From positions 37,574,001 through 37,638,000 of the forward strand of contig OZ249436.1 of NCBI GenBank assembly GCA_965235115.1: a stretch of 64,000 nucleotides of DNA, in the 5' to 3' direction. The notes beneath the pieces were generated by a model that saw nothing but the letters and a program-made list of their open reading frames with translations, was not told where the DNA came from and did no database searches. Position 1 is the stretch's first letter, and every line of letters begins with the position of its first letter. Of this stretch, positions 25,567 through 38,171 are shown piece by piece. The translations under genes and the position numbers were made by a program. This stretch comes from Laetmonice hystrix (lineage: Eukaryota).

Positions 25567-28020
25567 TATGACCTCGTGTGAAGCAAAGAGTGTAGAGGAT
25601 TCCAGTGTCGCCCGGATTGCTTTTATTCGTCTCAGGTACTTGGCCTGAAATATTTGATGGATATCTGCATCCATTCAACCAAGCTGTACACCTCTGGTAT
25701 AACACACATCAGACACACATTAAACCCAAACTCTGTCGGAGGTCACATTATGGCACGCCAAACCCGAAAACATCACGTGGCCCTACAGGGGCCTGACACA
25801 AAGGGGTCCGGGGAGGGCATATGCCCCCAACACACACACACACACTTTAAAATGTCGGGGGTGGGTGGGTAGGGAAAAGAACGTCCCTGCCAAATAGGCA
25901 TAGGAAACGCTCCCGACGGGTCCCTAGGGAATAAATCGCACGATTTATTCCCTAGGGGCCACATGGGGCCCTGGTAGAACCCTGCATTTTATAACACAAA
26001 ATAATGTAGGCCTATGCCCATTTGGCAGGGACGTCTTGAATATATATTTTGAATATCTTGAATACATTTTGTAAATGTTTTGTAAAAATTTTACTTCTTG
26101 AAAAATATTTTCGAGTGTTGAATATTTTCGGGATTGGCGTGGACCGTAAAATATATGTAGGCATACCGCGTACCTACTGGAACTGAGCTTTATTGATTGA
26201 ATAGAAAATGGGCGACTTCTCATGCTAGATATGGATTACTTCTGGACCCTTTCTTGAACAAAAAATTGGATTTCTTTTGTGGATATCATCCTATTATTGC
26301 TCGTCTATTAATGAGAGTTAAGTGGATTAGGATGACTGGCTACTAGAGTTGACTGACTGACCTCAATGGATGTGTCTGCCTCTGAAAACGTTCTAAAGGC
26401 TTGCTTCACTTGTTCCCGCGACCTTGTCGTCTTGAAGTCCGTAGTATGGCTATCATTTTTCTGATAAATATAAGGTAATCGACATTTCAATTAAATACAA
26501 CATAAGAAATGATATTTAGTACTTAACCAGGTTACGCTACTATAACCAACAGGCATTTATTTCATTCATTTCAAAATAATGAATCATTGCCCCTTGTTTA
26601 TCCTAAAATCTGGCATTTTTGTCATCCGAGGCCTTATCTTATAACATAGCAGTGCATATGCCTATTCTTTGAAAAGACCAGAGATATTCAAATATGTGTT
26701 CATAGCAAATGAGACATAGCTCATGGGCATGGTTCCGATGCTTGACCCTACCATCTCTTATTTTGTAGTCCTACCATCAGGTCATTACTCAACCTTAGAT
26801 CTACCAGAGCCAGTCCCTATAATGACCAAGTGCCCATATGTGCCAAAATCCCTGATATTTGAAACGATATAAATTTCTAACAATATATTTTCCCAATTAT
26901 TGCTTGATTTGTGTCCACATAGGTGAGCATCTTCTCACCAAATTTCATCAAGATATCTCAAAAACTCACCGAGTTATGAGTATTGCCTTACAAGTAACTA
27001 AATGAGATACATGTACAACCATGCAAGATGTTGCGAAAAAGCAGAAGAAAAAAAAGATTCCCATTGCACACGAAAGAGAAGCAGGGCAATCTATCGGATG
27101 GTTATATTAAACTGGAAACTCTAAAGGGAAGAGTGGGATTCTGAAATGTCGGTTTTCCCAATGTATGTTTTCAGAAAAAGGGTTTTAGAAGAAAAAGAAA
27201 TGGATGATGTAGGCCTATGTTGGATTGATCTGCTCTTTTAAACTTTTCTAATTCTAAATGACCCCACTTTTGTATACAGTGATTCAAGGTTGGTGACCGA
27301 CACGAATGGTGTCTTCATTACAGAGAGGCACACGTCCAGATGGGATATCAAAAGAGGCCTATTATGTCAGTGTTGAGAGGACGCCTTTTAGATGTGTGTA
27401 TGATTTAGGAGTTGTTTTACGCACTGAGCTTCCGTACTTCAGATTTCAAAATAACTTTATAGCCAAATAATGCGAAAATACAAAGATATGATCAACATAT
27501 ACGGATGCTGGGGAGTTGACGCCTGCCCCATGTTTGATAAGTGGCATGGCTAATTATGCATACGTATGTGCCTGAGCTTCAACATCTCAGCTTATCATAA
27601 ACTTTGCCCGGTACGCGCTGTGGCGTCCCTATACATTTGTATATCTGGCCAGTGCAAAATTTTAAGGGGGAAGTGAGTGAGTGAGTAGTGGTGGTTTTGC
27701 GCCGTGTCGGCATCTGGGGCCATCTTCGCGGCGAAAACACGAGTTATAAGACCATAAAACTGTGACCGTCCTGGGACCGACAGGGATTTGGGAAGGGGAA
27801 AAGAAATAACGGGGAATATGGTAACGCTGTGCTGTTAACACGTGGGGTAGCTATACTATGGCCAAAAGCTAATTGCGTAAGGGTAACGGTGAATACCCTG
27901 CTTTACACTGATTCCAAGGCGGGCAGTTTTATCCTGAAAAGGGAACTAGAGCGTTACCTAACAGGACGAAAAAAAATAAAAACGGGATATGGGCGAATTA
28001 TCCTGGATCTGGACTACGGT

Positions 28021-29563
28021 TGTAAAACTGGACTTCAGTATGTACAAATTAAAATGATTTTATTACTGACGTCGATACATCGTTCTGGTAGACTCCTGGC
28101 TGCTGTCCTCAGGTGGAAGTAATCACAATACCTTCATTAACCTCACACGTACCTGTGGCATGGATTACCTTACCATGACACAATGACCCCTAAACATTAC
28201 CTGGTTTTCTACCAAAGTAGTCGAATACACTCACCAATGTCTAGTACATACAATAGTTCATACACCCTAGCTATACACACCTCCTGTGCTAAACTAGATA
28301 TCTAATGAGACTAATCTACTCTAATCAGATCTCACTTCCTAATCATGCTTTCCCTGACCACACAAAACCGGTGAGAGAAATCCTATTGAACCAATGTGCA
28401 CTTGATTGACCCTAACTCATCACCTGGGCTATGGTGATGCAATTCTTCAGGTGATCAATTATCACACTGGACTAAAACATATCACTCATTTATAGTGATG
28501 TAATTCCTCAGGTGATCAGTATCACACTGGACTCATCACTTATAGTGACGTAACTCCTCAGGTGATCAGTATCACACTGGACTCATCACTTATAGTGACG
28601 TAACTCCTCAGGTGATCAGTATCACACTGGACTCATCACTTATAGTGACGTAACTCCTCAGGTGATCAGTATCACACTGGACTCATCACTTATAGTGATG
28701 TAACTCCTCAGGTGATCAGTATCACACTGGACTAAAACTAGTCTTAATTATCCAATCTAGTTTAACTCTAATTGTTCATTCATGCCCACGGTTTCATTAG
28801 CCGACTCTGAAAGGTATAAGACACTTCGGTGTATAGACAAAGAAATGGGCAGGTGAGAGTCATCACGTGACCACCGTGCCGGTTGTCCAGTAACCAACCG
28901 CATTGGTTGTTAATCGCCAATAAACAACCTATTGGTTGTGATTTAACTAAATTGGTGGTTAAAACAACCAATTTAGGTCCAATCAATGAGATTGGTTACC
29001 CACTAACCAACGTATCGGTTGTCATTTAACCAAATTTAACCAATTTAGGCTAATCCAATGACATTGGTAGTTTTTTCAACTAATCTGTTTTTAGAGTGTA
29101 GTTCTCATTACTTCAATGTTTTCCGGTAAACATGATAGTCTCTTTACGTCCTGAGTAAGGTCTTGCAGCTTAGAGTAAATCATATCTAGGTTTACCTGTT
29201 GCCTTGTTTCGTGTGCCATTGTTCCGTCGTTGTCGCCATATTGGTGGTGTCCGGTGGTGGTGTTACCTCTTGGAAAACCTGTTTTTATTTTTGTCCTTGG
29301 ATTTATCAGCTTTCCTATTTGTCATCCCTTCCGTTTCTTGGTACCTTTCGACAACAGTAGGTGTACTTTAGAACGTAAAATCTCGCTTTTTCCGCGATAT
29401 TTCGTTCTTCCGTCTCCCGCCACGCAACACACGTGTTTCGTAATCGACCCCTTACTTTGGCTGCAAAACAGGGTGTGCGTGTACTGAGCTATGCGGCACC
29501 GCCTCGTCTAGCGTGCCGCCATCTAGTGGATTTTACTAACATCAAACTACACATACTGTAACA
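28021..29563 (-). mobile_element. Probable 3' LTR of an LTR retrotransposon, with secondary insertions
   Basis: Bounded by TGTAA...TAACA. On the minus strand it is preceded by a polypurine tract (aaagaaaaaaggaagga, 29564-29580) and has AATAAA about 40 bp before its end (28059-28064). Confidence 0.55.
28433..28733. repeat. 50-bp tandem repeat, about 6 units
   Basis: ggtgatcagtatcacactggactcatcacttatagtgacgtaactcctca, exact period 50 in the central units. Confidence 0.95.
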
Positions 29564-30669
29564 TCCTTCCTTTTTTCTTTTGAATGATAAAGTCATTGTC
29601 CATCTTTAGTATAGTGTCCTGCTTGTGGAAGCATATGAATTTGACCCTGCTTTTACTCTATTACTCTGTTATGAAATAATCATTATCCGTTACTTCATCG
29701 AGAACAACTCAGATATGATGTTAGACGTTACTTAGTTTACATTTACACTGATATGTCATTCAGTAGGAAAGGATGTCCTTGGCAGATATAGCAGGTTTTC
29801 TACCAACATCTCCATATGACTACCTTCATCTGTTGGCATTGTATAAATATCGTGTGCTTCTTGAAAGTATTCAAAATAACTATAAAACATTTCCATCGCG
29901 TAAGTTTGCTCCAGATAAATGGTTGTGAAATGTATACTTCCCATTTGAGTATCTTCTCCAAGTTTTAACAGTAGATGCCCCTCGCCTAGATACCTTTCAT
30001 TTTCACTGCTTCACTCTACTGTTTGTTTGGCTACTAGGGCAGTCAGTACCATGTAGATACTCCTCACTGTACTGTTTGGCCTCCCTTGCTGTTTGGCCTC
30101 ACTGTTTGGCCATACTGTATTGTTTGGCCTCACTGTACTGTTTGCTTGGGTACCTTTTTAAAAAGAAAATTTTCTAGTTCTTTATCCCGGACAGCAGCTG
30201 GGCCATATGCGTTCTTCCGCGCTTCCAGCAGAAAAGTTAGAATAGACTACAGATTTTCCTAGTGAGCGGCGTGGCCTTATATAGGTCGCCCTCGGTGGCA
30301 TCCTCATAGTCATCGTTACATCATCTTCTCCACTGCTTTCAAAAAAGTGAAGGGAAACTTAGGAAAGATGGTCAAATGGGCCGGTAACTGGAAAGTAGCT
30401 TAGATTTCTGAAACGGCGAGTTCATACATGGCTGCTGATTGGCCTATGCGTAACACGTGACGGCGGCAGCCTGCCCGGCGACTGCAGCGCCAAGGCTGCT
30501 CCCTAACAGGCACGGCGTCGGGGTATACGGGATACGTTGGCGCCACCAACGGAACGCGAATGAACCAGTTATAAACAGTATTGTTTCATTTCGGTACATG
30601 CAAGCCACTGACCGGACCGCTTTGCTCACTGTGCCGGTCAGCTCTGCACGATCGGCATTCGGTGACCGT

Positions 30670-30810
30670 TAAGTAACCTCCCCACCTGACTTAGGCAAGT
30701 AATGGTTAAGACAGGCTCGGCATATCTTAACGCGACTGAGGAACGGTTAAGTAACATTTTTGGATGATATCTTGACTAAGTAATACTTAGCGCGACTGAG
30801 GAACCGGCCC
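30670..30810. mobile_element. DNA-transposon (Harbinger-like) terminus abutting the truncated transporter copy
   Basis: Repeated cgcgactgaggaac and ttaagtaa motifs ending in gaggaaccggccc, followed directly by ctg of the transporter sequence. Confidence 0.55.
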
Positions 30811-31110
30811 CTGGTCATTCCCACACGGGCAGTTGATATAGTATTGATTATGGGTCACTGTTTGAGCGCTACATTCACTATCATTGGATATTTCTACGCG
30901 AGCCAAGCGATTGGTCCCATGCGTGCAAACCTTGTGCGCTTCTTTGAAGTTGTAATGTTACTTCTGCCACAGTACACAGTGTTAAAAGACATTATACCGG
31001 GACACAGGAATGTTCTAGAAGTGTTCGGAGCCGTCCTGACGACGGCTGGGGTCGCGCTCACGCCGGCAGTTGATCTGATCGCCAAAAGAGGCGGACGGAA
31101 CTATTTATAG
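30811..31110 (+). pseudogene. 5'-truncated EamA/SLC35G-like copy (last 99 codons plus stop)
   Basis: Near-identical to 34335-34634, starting at the CTG (Leu) codon of EELVIPT. Upstream sequence is unrelated. Confidence 0.9.
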
Positions 31111-31120
31111 GCGTCCAACA

Positions 31121-32144
31121 CCCAGCGGACACACCACGTGGAAACCACGTGGACAACTGGTGGAAAACTCGGTCCCATGGAAAGACAAAGTTATATTAAA
31201 ATATGTAAATGTCTATGATAACATTTCCCCCAAAGAAAAACTGGCTAGCTCTGTACGACGATTGACTTTGAGAAAGAACCGTTGTGAGAAGCAGAAGGTC
31301 TAACAGTACTGGCAACTGGATCAATCGTAGCCAACTCGTCAGCTCTGTGTGTATACAGACCTGACGCTAGGGTGGCCAAAAAATCTAGTGAATATGTTAT
31401 ATTGCAACCTCAAAAGCAAAACATATATTTGTTTTAGGAAGTTACGAACTTTGCTTAGTGTTGCGGTGGTGTAAATCTTTAAGGCAGTGGTGTAAATCTA
31501 GATGAATCTAGATGGTTTTCCAGACGATTTCTTTTTTCTAGCGAAATACGTCCCATTACCTTACGGGTTCTATCACTGAACGCCCCGAGCGTTAGCGAAG
31601 GGGTTTATGGTAAATGTTCTGAATTGACAAATAGAGAAAAAAATTCGAGACAAAGTCGAGGATTTTTATTGAGAGAGAAAAATAATCAACCGAGGGGTGC
31701 TATCAATACACCCCCTTAGTAACGCGCGGGGATTTATTGATAGCAACACAAGGAAAAACAGGATTCCAACCATGAAAGATATAAGCTACAAGCGTGGCCG
31801 AATGGGCAGAGACGCGGACCTGTGATCAGGAGATCCACCGTTCGAGTCCCACCAGTGCCCGGCAGCTGTGCGAAAAAGGCATACGGGTCTCGGAGTCAGT
31901 GACCACTCAACCATGGCGGCCATATCATGGCTAAAAATAGCCGGATATCAGACCCACTTTGTGTATGATGTGGAAACCTGGTGAAATGGAAAACTGGGTG
32001 ATATGACATGGAAAATGACACTTGTAATCCACATTGACATGTCCACATGGATTACTCTTTCAAATTACATACAGTTTCCCACCTGTATTCCACGGGTCAT
32101 ATCCACGTGAATTCCACGGGAAATCCACGAGTTTTGCCTGTGGG
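31121..32144. mobile_element. CCCAG-terminal non-autonomous DNA transposon with nested SINE, copy 1
   Basis: Imperfect TIRs cccagcggacacaccacgtgg / ccacgagttttgcctgtggg, with many ccacgtg subterminal motifs. Confidence 0.6.
31785..31860 (+). mobile_element. tRNA-derived SINE head
   Basis: A box tggccgaatgg (31795), B box gttcgagtccc (31840), GTG anticodon-like loop. No intact cloverleaf. Confidence 0.6.
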
Positions 32145-33617
32145 TGATGGGAAACTGGTGGTGAATTCAAGTGATTTTGCCACGTGTATTCAACGTGAAG
32201 AAATCACGTGAATTTAGTTTACACATACCACCAGTTTGCCACGTGATTTCTACGTGGCAAATTCACGTGCATTACACGTTATTTCTACGTGCTGTGCCCT
32301 GGTGAATTCACGTGATTTTGCCACGCGTATTCCACGTGAAGAAATCACGTGGATTTAGTTTACACATACCACCAGTTTGCCACGTGATTTGCACAAAACA
32401 AAAGTTCATGTCTGACTTCCTATCTGTCAATAATAGTAACTATTGCGTTATCTTGCACCGTTTTCGAGATATGAGCCAAAAAAGTGTTATGGGGGATACA
32501 AATATGGCCGCCATGTCGCCATATTTTCTCTGATCTAAGAATACATTGGCATATACCATTGCCTCTCATGCCTTCTTTCCACCGAATTTGAAAGAAATCG
32601 GGATTGTTTTGAGTTATTGCTCCAAAAGTGTTTATATCCAAGATGACTGCCAAGCGGCTATTTTGAGCCATATCAAAAAAACCTTCATGGTGTGTTCATT
32701 ACACAGAGGCACACTTCCAAACAGGATATCTAAAAACCTATTATGTCAGTGTTGGAAGGACCCTTTTGAGAGTTGCGTATGATGTTGGTGTAATCTGGCA
32801 TTCCTCTAAATATCAAGCAGTATACTTGTCATAACAAGTCAACTGTCGGTAACTGAACTATTCATACCTCTGCTGATTAGAAGTTTAACTACTCTCACGA
32901 TCAACTTGAAATTAACAGCTTAGGTAAAATACTGGAATAAACATACTGATAAATTTCAATGTCTTTGACACGGTTGCAGGAAATTGCTTACTACTGACAC
33001 GGTACACTGTCAGTAGACACTTACTATAATTTATCAACAAATCTCCTAATACATTAATATTTTTCTCTTCTCTCCCTCATTTTATTATCACCCCTCTACA
33101 TTTCAAAACTTGTGTCCAGCCCTGACATAGACAACGCACATGGACTTTGATATGAATAGTAGGCCTATTAATCCTCATTGACACAGTAGTATCCAATTAT
33201 AAACCCACATATCAGTATGAGGGGGTGTAACACACTGTCTTATTGGTACTGTGCAGCTTATTGACACTGTGCATTTGAGTTTGACACTAACCGGCCACCG
33301 TACTTGTGAATTAATATGCTAATAGTGAGAATTAATGTTCTTTCTGTTATAATAATGTTCCTGTTTATTGTTGTAAATATAAATAACACAAGAGTTGTGT
33401 TACAATATGACGATCTTTGTGCTCTAGAAATTGGCAGTTAATTTCAACGTTTTCACCAGGTATATATCGACAAGTTGGACATTTGTACTATAAATGCATC
33501 TTAGTGAGTCTCTACTCTACATGTATATTGGCGAGGCACTGCATGAACTAATTACCACTACGCTTCGAGCTCCTGTGACAAACGGTAACACCGGGAACTG
33601 CACGGAGTAATCGCGCA

Positions 33618-34634
33618 ATGGCAGACAAGACGGAGACCTGGAGATCCTTGCTGGGATATCTGGCAGCTATTGGTGTCGTTATCGCTGACTGCATTGGGAT
33701 CTCATGTGTTCAGGCCTTGCGTCGGTTGATACCTGACTTCCAGCTTAACGTATTTAGGTACGTCATTCAAGTAAGCATAAGTTTTGTCATCATGAAGACA
33801 CAGAGGATTCCGTTTGCGACTGACCAAACCAACTATGGCTGGATATGCCTTTTTGTCTTCTCCGGCATTGCCAACAATGCTGCCTACTTTGGGGGAGGTG
33901 CGATTATTGCTGTCTCCGCTGCCGGTGCAACCCTTAACCTGTCAGCAGTTATAGCGGTAACACTTCTGTGTAAACTATTCCTGAATACCCGGATTGGACT
34001 CGTTCAGTGGATTGCCATATGTGTTTGTGGGACTGGTGTATTCTGTATCAGCCAACCTGAGCCGTTTTTCCAGAAGGAACTTCAAAATAACAGTTTGTGT
34101 CTTCAAAATGACTTCAACATCACGGAAACCAGAGGCAACACTTGTGAACACGGTACTCTTGACTCGACTATTCTCTTGGGCTATATACTGGTTGCCGTAG
34201 GTGGCTTTTCACTTGGCACAGTATCTATCATTTCTGGGCTCGTACTCACCCATATAAATCCAGTGAGCCAAGTCGTCTGGATTTCTTCCCTTGGTGCTTT
34301 AGCATCAATGTGCATATCTTTTTACTTTGAAGAGCTGGTCATTCCCACACGGGCAGTTGATATAGTATTGATTATGGGTCACTGTTTGAGCGCTACATTC
34401 ACTATCATTGGATATTTCTACGCGAGCCAAGCGATTGGTCCTATGCGTGCAAACCTTGTGCGCTCCTTTGAAGTTGTAATGTTACTTCTGCCGCAGTACA
34501 CAGTGTTAAAAGACATTATACCAGGACACAGGAATGTTCTAGAAGTGTTCGGAGCCGTCCTGACGACGGCTGGGGTCGCGCTCACGCCGGCAGTTGATCT
34601 GATCGCCAAAAGAGGCGGACGGAACTATTTATAG
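33618..34634 (+). CDS. SLC35G-like: EamA/DMT-superfamily multi-pass transporter, SLC35G-like, 338 aa, intronless CDS
   Basis: About 10 hydrophobic segments in two halves separated by a Cys/N-glycosylation loop. Motifs IPDFQLNVFR, G(V)FCISQP, A...IGP..ANLVRSFEVV and EVFGAVL are typical of SLC35G-type EamA proteins. Confidence 0.85.
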   Translation: MADKTETWRSLLGYLAAIGVVIADCIGISCVQALRRLIPDFQLNVFRYVIQVSISFVIMKTQRIPFATDQTNYGWICLFVFSGIANNAAYFGGGAIIAVSAAGATLNLSAVIAVTLLCKLFLNTRIGLVQWIAICVCGTGVFCISQPEPFFQKELQNNSLCLQNDFNITETRGNTCEHGTLDSTILLGYILVAVGGFSLGTVSIISGLVLTHINPVSQVVWISSLGALASMCISFYFEELVIPTRAVDIVLIMGHCLSATFTIIGYFYASQAIGPMRANLVRSFEVVMLLLPQYTVLKDIIPGHRNVLEVFGAVLTTAGVALTPAVDLIAKRGGRNYL

Positions 34635-34644
34635 GCGTCCAACA

Positions 34645-35666
34645 CCCAGCGGACACACCACGTGGAAACCACGTGGACAACTGGTGGAAAACTCGGTCCC
34701 ATGGAAAGACAAAGTTATATTAAAATATGTAAATGTCTATGATAACATTTCCCCCAAAGAAAAACTGGCTAGCTCTGTACGACGATTGACTTTGAGAAAG
34801 AACCGTTGTGAGAAGCAGAAGGTCTAACAGTACTGGCAACTGGATCAATTGTAGCCAACTCGTCAGCTCTGTGTGTATACAGACCTGACGCTAGGGTGGC
34901 CAAAAAATCTAGTGAATATGTTATATTGCAACCTCAAAAGCAAAACATATATTTGTTTTAGGAAGTTACGAACTTTGCTTAGTGTTGCGGTGGTGTAAAT
35001 CTTTAAGGCAGTGGTGTAAATCTAGATGAATCTAGATGGTTTTCCGGACGATTTCTTTTTTCTAGCGAAATACGTCCCATTACTTTACGGGTTCTATCAC
35101 TGAACGCCCCGAGCGTTAGCGAAGGGGTTTATGGTAAATGTTCTGAATTGACAAATAGAGAAAAAAATTCGAGACAAAGTCGAGGATTTTTATTGAGAGA
35201 GAAAAATAATCAACCGAGGGGTGCTATCAATACACCCCCTTAGTAACGCGCGGGGATTTATTGATAGCAACACAAGGAAAAACAGGATTCCAACCATGAA
35301 AGATATAAGCTACAAGCGTGGCCGAATGGGCAGAGACGCGGACCTGTGATCAGGAGATCCACCGTTCGAGTCTCACCAGTGCCCGGCAGCTGTGCGAAAA
35401 AGGCATACGGTCTCGGAGTCAGTGACCACTCAACCATGGCGGCCATATCATGGCTAAAAATAGCCGGATATCAGACCCACTTTGTGTATGATGTGGAAAC
35501 CTGGTGAAATGGAAAACTGGGTGATATGACATGGAAAACGACACTTGTAATCCACATTGACATATCCACATGGATTACTCTTTCAAATTACACAGTTTCC
35601 CACCTGTATTCCACGGGTCATATCCACGTGAATTCCACGGGAAATCCACGAGTTTTGCCTGCTGGG
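34645..35666. mobile_element. CCCAG-terminal non-autonomous DNA transposon with nested SINE, copy 2
   Basis: cccagcggacacaccacgtgg ... ccacgagttttgcctgctggg (16/21 inverted match). Confidence 0.65.
35309..35384 (+). mobile_element. tRNA-derived SINE head (duplicate of 31785-31860)
   Basis: A box at 35319, B box gttcgagtct at 35364. Confidence 0.6.
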
Positions 35667-37139
35667 TGATGGGAAACTGGTGGTGAATTCAAGTGATTTT
35701 GCCACGTGTATTCAACGTGAAGAAATCACGTGAATTTAGTTTACACATACCACCAGTTTGCCACGTGATTTCTACGTGGCAAATTTACGTGCATTACACG
35801 TTATTCCTACGTGCTGTGCCCTGGTGAATTCACGTGATTTTGCCACGCGTATTCCACGTGAAGAAATCACGTGGATTTAGTTTACACATACCACCAGTTT
35901 GCCACGTGATTTCCACAAAACAAAAGTTCATGTCTGACTTCCTATCTGTCAATAATAGTAACTATTGCGTTATCTTGCACCGTTTTCGAGATATGAGCCA
36001 AAAAAGTGTTATGGGGGATACAAATATTGCCGCCATGTCGCCATATTTTCTCTGATCTAAGAATACATTGGCATATACCATTGCCTCTCATGCCTTCTTT
36101 CCACCGAATTTGAAAGAAATCGGGATTGTTTTGTCTGAGTTATTGCTCCAAATGTGTTTATATCCAAGATGGCTGCAAGCGGCTATTTTGAGCCATATCA
36201 AAAAAACCTTCATGGTGTCTTTGACATTACACAGAGGCACACTTCCAAACAGTAAAAACCTGTTATGTCAGTGTTGGAAGGACCCTTTTGAGAGTTGCGT
36301 ATGATGTTGGTGTAATTTGGCATTCCTCTAAATATCAAGCAGCATACTTGTCATAACAAGTCAACTGTCGGTAACTGAACTATTCATACCTCTGCTGATT
36401 AGAAGTTTTACTACTCTCACGATCAACTTGAAATTAACAGCTTAGGTAAAATGCCGGAATAAACATACTGATAAATTTCAATGTCTTTGACACGGTTGCG
36501 GGAAATTGCTTACTACTGACACGGTACTCTGTCAGTAGACACTTACTATAATTTATCAACAAATCTCCTAATACATTAATATTTTTCTCTTCTCTCCCTC
36601 ATTTTATTATCACCCCTCTACATTTCAAAACTTGTGTCCAGCCCTGACATAGACAACGCACATGGACTTTGATATGAATAGTAGGCCTATTAATCCTCAT
36701 TGACACAGTAGTATCCAATTATAAACCCACATATCAGTATGAGGGGGTGTAACACACTGTCTTATTGGTACTGTGCAGCTTATTGACACTGTGCATTTGA
36801 GTTTGACACTAACCGGCCACCGTACTTGTGAATTAATATGCTAATAGTGAGAATTAATGTTCTTTCTGTTATAATAATGTTCCTTTTTATTGTTGTAAAT
36901 ATAAATAACACAAGAGTTGTGTTACAATATGACGATCTTTGTGCTCTCGAAAGTGGCAGTTAATTTCAACGTTTTCACCAGGTATATATCGACAAGTTGG
37001 ACATTTGTACTATAAATGCATCTTAGTGAGTCTCTACTCTACATGTATATTGGCGAGGCACTGCATGAACTAATTACCACTACGCTTCGAGCTTCTGTGA
37101 CAAACGGTAACACCGGGAACTGCACGGAGTAATCGCGCA

Positions 37140-38150
37140 ATGGCAGACAAGACGGAGACCTGGAGATCCTTGCTGGGATATCTGGCAGCTATTGGTGTCG
37201 TTATCGCTGACTGCATTGGGATCTCATGTGTTCAGGCCTTGCGTCGGTTGATACCTGACTTCCAGCTTAACGTATTTAGGTACGTCATTCAAGTAAGCAT
37301 AAGTTTTGTCATCATGAAGACACAGAGGATTCCGTTTGCGACTGACCAAACCAACTATGGCTGGATATGCCTTTTTGTCTTCTCCGGCGTTGCCAACAAT
37401 GCTGCCTACTTTGGGGGAGGTGCGATTATTGCTGTCTCCGCTGCCGGTGCAACCCTTAACCTGTCAGCAGTTATAGCGGTAACACTTCTGTGTAAACTAT
37501 TCCTGAATACCCGGATTGGACTCGTTCAGTGGATTGCCATATGTGTTTGTGGGACTGGTGTATTCTGTATCAGCCAACCTGAGCCGTTTTTCCAGAAGGA
37601 ACTTCAAAATAACAGTTTGTGTCTTCAAAATGACTTCAACATCACGGAAACCAGAGGCAACACTTGTGAACACGGTACTCTTGACTCGACTATTCTCTTG
37701 GGCTATATACTGGTTGCCGTAGGTGGCTTTTCACTTGGCACAGTATCTATCATTTCTGGGCTCGTACTCACCCATATAAATCCAGTGAGCCAAGTCGTCT
37801 GGATTTCTTCCCTTGGTGCTTTAGCATCAATGTGCATATCTTTTTACTTTGAAGAGCTGGTCATTCCCACACGGGCAGTTGACATAGTATTGATTATGGG
37901 TCACTGTTTGAGCGCTACATTCACTATCATTGGATATTTCTACGCAAGCCAAGCGATTGGCCCCATGCGTGCAAACCTTGTGCGCTCCTTTGAAGTTGTA
38001 ATGTTACTTCTGCCACAGTACACAGTGTTAAAAGACATTATACCAGGACACAGGAATGTTCTAGAAGTGTTCGGAGCCGTGCTGACGACGGCTGGGGTCG
38101 CGCTCACGCCGGCAGTTGATCTGATCGCCAAAAAAGGCGGACAGAACTAG
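37140..38150 (+). CDS. SLC35G-like: EamA/DMT-superfamily transporter, SLC35G-like, 336 aa, intronless CDS
   Basis: Identical to the 33618 copy except one I>V change (SGVANN) and the C-terminus (KGGQN versus RGGRNYL). Confidence 0.85.
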   Translation: MADKTETWRSLLGYLAAIGVVIADCIGISCVQALRRLIPDFQLNVFRYVIQVSISFVIMKTQRIPFATDQTNYGWICLFVFSGVANNAAYFGGGAIIAVSAAGATLNLSAVIAVTLLCKLFLNTRIGLVQWIAICVCGTGVFCISQPEPFFQKELQNNSLCLQNDFNITETRGNTCEHGTLDSTILLGYILVAVGGFSLGTVSIISGLVLTHINPVSQVVWISSLGALASMCISFYFEELVIPTRAVDIVLIMGHCLSATFTIIGYFYASQAIGPMRANLVRSFEVVMLLLPQYTVLKDIIPGHRNVLEVFGAVLTTAGVALTPAVDLIAKKGGQN

Positions 38151-38171
38151 GCGACCAACAGTAATAGAGGT

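Larger units (their letters stand above)
30811..38160. repeat. Tandem segmental duplication, unit ~3.52 kb, about 2.1 units
   Basis: Stop codons at 31110 and 34634 (offset 3524); start codons at 33618 and 37140 (offset 3522). Intergenic DNA is near-identical. Confidence 0.95.

Noticed and set aside
31785..31860. Functional tRNA-His gene (likewise 35309-35384 and the Val-like head at 58872-58945)
   Set aside because: A and B boxes are present, but the stems do not pair into a cloverleaf. Treated as SINE heads.
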